A DNA stretch of 63,883 nt, filler included, from Octopus bimaculoides (lineage: Eukaryota), in NCBI RefSeq assembly GCF_001194135.2. It is 4 parts of 4 records of this genome, joined end to end, with 100 filler letters (N's around TTAATTAATTAA, not from the genome) between each part and the next. Parts side by side here need not be neighbours in the genome. Positions count along the whole stretch, not along the records: positions 58,293 to 61,836 come from NC_068987.1; positions 61,937 to 63,883 come from NC_068997.1; 2 more parts are not named here. One strand, 5' to 3'. A program made the position numbers and the translations under genes. Positions 58,800 to 63,883 of this stretch are shown here, piece by piece. The notes beneath the pieces are model-generated. The model was not told where the DNA came from. It did no database searches and saw only the letters and a program-made list of their open reading frames with translations. Within the stretch, counting starts at the first letter, position 1. Each line of letters begins with the position of its first letter.

Positions 58800-59300
58800 T
58801 GTGTGTGTATATATATGTGTGTGTGTGTGTGTGTACGTGTGTGTGTGTGGATGTATGTATTTATATGTATTTATATGTGGGTGTATTCGTGTGTGTATGT
58901 GTGTGTATTCGTGTGTGTGTGTGTGTGTGTGTGGATGTAAGAATTTGTGTTTGTATTCGTGTGTGTGTGGATGCATGTATTTGTATGTCTGTGTGTATGT
59001 GTGTGTGGATGTATGTGTATGTGTGTATGTATGTATGTGTGTGTGTGAATGTATGTGTGTGTTTGCGTGCGTTTGTGTGTGTGCATGTTCGTTTCTGTGT
59101 TAGTGTGTGTTTGTGTGTGTATTTGTGTGTGTGTGGATGTATGTGCCCGTGTGTTTCTCTGTGTGTTTGAGTGTGCGCTTGTATGTGTCTGTGTGTGTTT
59201 GCGCGTGTTTGTGTGTTTATATATGTGTGTTTTTGTGTATGTGTGTTTGTGTGTGTATGTGTATTTGTGTGTGTTTATGTGTGTCTATTTGTGTGTGTAC
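58800..59300. repeat. Long imperfect (GT)n tract
   Basis: Direct reading; source of spurious Val/Cys ORFs. Confidence 0.95.
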
Positions 59301-59424
59301 ACAAGACTTCGAAACCAGTTGGCCTTTTCTGTTGTCAGTTTAAAGTTGACGAAAATCTTCGGTGCAACGGAGGAACTGGAGAAATTAATAAACTCTCAAA
59401 TTGCTATTTAGTGTATCCTAATCC

Positions 59425-59676
59425 CTCTACACCAATTTTTCTTAGCTATTCTTTTGACCAGTGGACCCCCTTCAATTTATGTTGGATTGACCCACCTAGC
59501 CATTCGACGTTTGAAAAATCCTGTTATATTTATATTATTAAATATTATTTGGAATAGTATTTAAAATATATTTTGTGTACTGTAGACGTACAACCAATTA
59601 ATCTGCAGATAAAGTTTAACAGCAAAATCTGATGTGGTCCTCCAAGGGTCGTATGAACTCCGGTTGAGAACCACTG
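59425..59676. mobile_element. hAT-type MITE remnant
   Basis: Right end GGTTGAGAACCACTG (reverse complement of the CAGTGGTTCTCAACC hAT TIR); left end degenerate. Confidence 0.5.
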
Positions 59677-59867
59677 ACCTGTACCATCGCAGATGTCAAA
59701 GCATAGATTTCAATTATGCAGTGTTTCCTAGTGTTTGTGTATAAAGATACGCTGATACAAACCTCCATATATGTCGACTTAGGAGTTCTTGTAATGTTAC
59801 ATAATATGCATGCGTACTTATATGAACGTATGTCTATGGTGTATTTATTTATAAGTACGCTATTGCA

Positions 59868-59930
<63 letters not shown>

Positions 59931-61836
59931 GTATATATANNNNNNNNNNNNNNNNNNNNNNNNNNNNNNNNNNNNNNNNNNNNNNNNNNNNNNNNNNNNN
60001 NNNNNNNNNNNNNNNNNNNNNNNNNNNNNNNNNNNNNNNNNNNNNNNNNNNNNNNNNNNNNNNNNNNNNNNNNNNNNNNNNNNNNNNNNNNNNNNNNNNN
60101 NNNNNNNNNNNNNNNNNNNNNNNNNNNNNNNNNNNNNNNNNNNNNNNNNNNNNNNNNNNNNNNNNNNNNNNNNNNNNNNNNNNNNNNNNNNNNNNNNNNN
60201 NNNNNNNNNNNNNNNNNNNNNNNNNNNNNNNNNNNNNNNNNNNNNNNNNNNNNNNNTATATATATATATATATATAATTAATTTAGCATATTAGATAGGT
60301 AGTATCCTTTGGTTGTCTTCCCAACCTCCAAATCTCGCTTGGTGTGCTCACGTTTCTGCCAGCTCACCGCCATGAGATCTTTAAATTCTTTTAGTGTGAT
60401 GCAGTGACGTGATCTTTATAGCTGAAAATAGGACAACATGCGTTGCAGTAATCTGTTATGAGCTTTGCATTCTTCTCAAGGTTGATTGACCTATCACATT
60501 TCAAGAATCAATATGTAAAAGGAGTCAATATTTAATAAGAGTGTCAATATGTAATAATGAAGTGCAGGAGTCGATATAAGCGACTGACTTCACCCTTTAA
60601 AAGTGCGTCATTCTGCTTCGGTCATTGACTGTTGTTAAAGTTACCTTCAATATAGCTTTTAAAATGATTCATATGTTTTATCTAAAATTCAAAAAAGGAC
60701 CAGTTAAGTTTTAGGAAGTATATCTTTCATGTAAAGTGCGTGGCTAAACGTTTAGGGTCTTACACTCACGCTAGGGCGACGGGTAGTATTCTTTAGCAAA
60801 ACACTTCATGCTACGTTGCTCCTATCCACACGATTTTAAATGGACAACATGCCACGGAATAACCTTCAGACCTGGGTGGAATGATAGCCTGCACCCCTAC
60901 CGATCGGAGTGGCATCATTCGAATGAGAAAATAAATAAGCAGCACCTCGTGACCGACATCCGATAGAGTGTGGTCGAAACCCTAATACGTGATATCGTTC
61001 ATCATTTTTCAATTTTATTTACCTTGCCCTTTACAATGAGCTAAGATCGAAGATGAATTAAGGTTTCTATTTATTTTCTAATTCAGATTCCGATTCATAG
61101 TTATTCCCAGACATTTTTTGTAGTTCTTATAATATTCCGCATTCCTACTGATCAGTGTTTTTGCTTTTTATTAGTTTCTTGTAGTTGCTGTGAGGAATGC
61201 ATGCAGACCAATATCCAATGCATTCCGAAGCAATCGGCTACGACCGCCACCGGCGAACTTGCGGCTTTGTACTAACATAAGAATTCAGTCTATAATAAGA
61301 TTAATAGCAGATATTATTCTGATATATAAAAATACAGACACACAACGAACTGGAATTTGAATGCATCTACGTATATACGTGTATATATATGTATGTGTGT
61401 GTGTGTGTGTGTATGTGTGTGTCTGTGTGTGTATGTGTGTATATGTGCGTGTGTGTGTGTGTGTGTATGAATATGCATGCATACACACATATATGCATAA
61501 CAATAACGCGTATGAAGAAATATCAAAGAGACTTCATATGAAAAAAGAGATCGAAATCAAACATAGCTGTATCTTTAATATGGCATGTTTCAAAGAAAAG
61601 CGATTCCCTATTCACACACACATACACACAAAAACGCATATTCACACACACACACAAAAGAGCACGCACGCACACACAAACACACACACTGATACAAACT
61701 CTGATACAAATTCACCATTTTCATATCCTTATATACAAATTGACAGAAAGATAGATACACGGATTGATATTGTTACAGACAGAAGATTAAACAAGATAAT
61801 TTATTAGAATTCATTGTGGGATATAAATATTGATTT

Positions 61837-61936
61837 NNNNNNNNNNNNNNNNNNNNNNNNNNNNNNNNNNNNNNNNNNNNTTAATTAATTAANNNNNNNN
61901 NNNNNNNNNNNNNNNNNNNNNNNNNNNNNNNNNNNN
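61837..61936. other. Artificial scaffold join N44-TTAATTAATTAA-N44
   Basis: Same structure as at 29703. Confidence 0.95.
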
Positions 61937-61967
<31 letters not shown>

Positions 61968-62024
61968 GTAAACCACAAATATATTCGCACAAAAATATAC
62001 TTTGTTGTATATACATGCGCACCG

Positions 62025-62066
<42 letters not shown>

Positions 62067-62395
62067 CATGGATTTATTTGTTTATTTATTAGAAATTTAG
62101 ATGTGACACAGCAGACTGTCGTTTAAGATTCGTATTTTGCATTTTTCAGATAAGGACATATAATAATAACAGCAGCAGCAGCAGTAACAACATCGACATT
62201 AGCAACAACAACAACAACAACAACAACTAACAACAACAACAGTAGCAGCCTGCAATGACGCCAACAATACGAGGAAGAAGTAGAAGGAGCGGGAGTGAGA
62301 TGTAGGTAATAAGAAGAAAGTGTATAGAGAAAAAAATAAGTAAAACCACGTTTTATTGTTGCTGCTTTATAACAAAAGTGTAAGATTAATTCATA

Positions 62396-62430
<35 letters not shown>

Positions 62431-62835
62431 NNNNNNNNNNNNNNNNNNNNNNNNNNNNNNNNNNNNNNNNNNNNNNNNNNNNNNNNNNNNNNNNNNNNNN
62501 NNNNNNNNNNNNNNNNNNNNNNNNNNNNNNNNNNNNNNNNNNNNNNNNNNNNNNNNNNNNNNNNNNNNNNNNNNNNNNNNNNNNNNNNNNNNNNNNNNNN
62601 NNNNNNNNNNNNNNNNNNNNNNNNNNNNNNNNNNNNNNNNNNNNNNNNNNNNNNNNNNNNNNNNNNNNNNNNNNNNNNNNNNNNNNNNNNNNNNNNNNNN
62701 NNNNNNNNNNNNNNNNNNNNNNNNNNNNNNNNNNNNNNNNNNNNNNNNNNNNNNNNNNNNNNNNNNNNNNNNNNNNNNNNNNNNNNNNNNNNNNNNNNNN
62801 NNNNNNNNNNNNNNNNNNNNNNNNNNNNNNNNNNN

Positions 62836-62874
<39 letters not shown>

Positions 62875-63032
62875 ACTCGGAAACAGATACCAAAACACAT
62901 ACACAAACACAAATACTCATAATCGAACACACACATGCACACATTCACGTAACGTACACACACATACACACACACATGCACCAGAAACACATACAAACAC
63001 ACAACCCGAAACTTAACTCTGTTTCGTTGCAG

Positions 63033-63132
63033 CGATGACGTTGGCGTGTACGCAAGGTGTTGGAGCGTGTGCGCGGATGATGCGTCTTTGATCAAAGGAA
63101 TGTTTCTGAAGAACGAAGGACTTGACAATTGA
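63033..63132 (+). CDS. Candidate orphan terminal exon (DDVGVYARCWSVCADDASLIKGMFLKNEGLDN*), product unknown
   Basis: Good acceptor (ctctgtttcgttgcag), complex GC-richer sequence between microsatellites, and an open frame to TGA; no family recognised. Confidence 0.2.
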
Positions 63133-63635
63133 GAATCCGTTTTCTTTCTACCATTATTATTCTTCCACCACCAACACCACCATCATCACCACTATCTCTA
63201 CCATTAGCACCCTGAACAGCAAGACCAGCACCAACACCACCATCACCACTGAAAGAACATCTACCATAACTCCAGCTTTCTAGTTTCAGCAAAGATTATA
63301 ACCGGAAGTCATCTCGAATTTTAGAACATATTCAGTTACGTGAGACAGAACATATTGGAGATGTTTATAGACGGATGTTACACACCCTTGAAATTTTCAA
63401 AAAAAAAAAAAAAAAAAAAAGAAAACGAAATAAAATACCATAAAATAAAATAAATTGAATATTTTAATCAATTTTCCATTCGTCCTATTTATTTTTCCCT
63501 TTCTTTTCTTCATTCCATATTCCTTCCTTTCTTTCTATCTTCCTCTCTGTCTTTTACTCTTTATTTCCATGCAACTTCCTATTATTGTGTATTTTTATCT
63601 CTTCACTTAATACTTTCTTTCATATATATGTGTGT

Positions 63636-63680
<45 letters not shown>

Positions 63681-63883
63681 GTGTGTGTATCTGTGTATCT
63701 ACCAATATATGCGCATACACACACACGCATACACACACACATATATATGTATATATATATATATACACGCATATGAACCGCATTTTAATTGATATTTTTC
63801 AGTATACTGTTTTTTTTTTGTCAATTTGTCATCATTACCTTCGTTCTTTTTCAATAAGTTATGTATATATATATATATATATA

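Noticed and set aside
51-63776. Many ORFs made of poly-L/R/I/N/Y, VC or TH repeats, or running through X stretches
   Set aside because: They are translations of microsatellites or N gaps, not genes.

Overview
AT-rich, microsatellite- and gap-rich eukaryotic DNA. I infer a coleoid cephalopod, most likely an octopus, from the octopus-type SINEs and protocadherins. Three 100-bp joins (N44-TTAATTAATTAA-N44) split the window into four scaffold pieces. Piece 1 (1-29702) holds one complete 11-exon gene on + (8251-28903, 463 aa by manual splicing). It encodes a secreted astacin metalloprotease with an EGF-like module and an ApeC (apextrin C-terminal) domain. It has almost no propeptide and lacks all three ApeC DxED motifs. 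Tc1/mariner, R4/Dong-like, Penelope-like and SINE remnants surround it. Piece 2 (29803-58192) is part of a tandem protocadherin cluster: genes A and B on +, C and D on -, plus the 3' remnant of E. The genes show a constant-variable-constant design. A near-identical non-coding leader exon carries uORFs and sits behind a conserved CpG-free upstream block. EC1-EC3 are divergent (about half the residues differ), while EC4 and the cytoplasmic exons are almost identical. Stop codons lie only about 300-570 bp from the next gene's upstream block, and the scaffold is CpG-depleted. Pieces 3 and 4 are mostly repeats. All coordinates and translations were worked out by hand, with no database searches.
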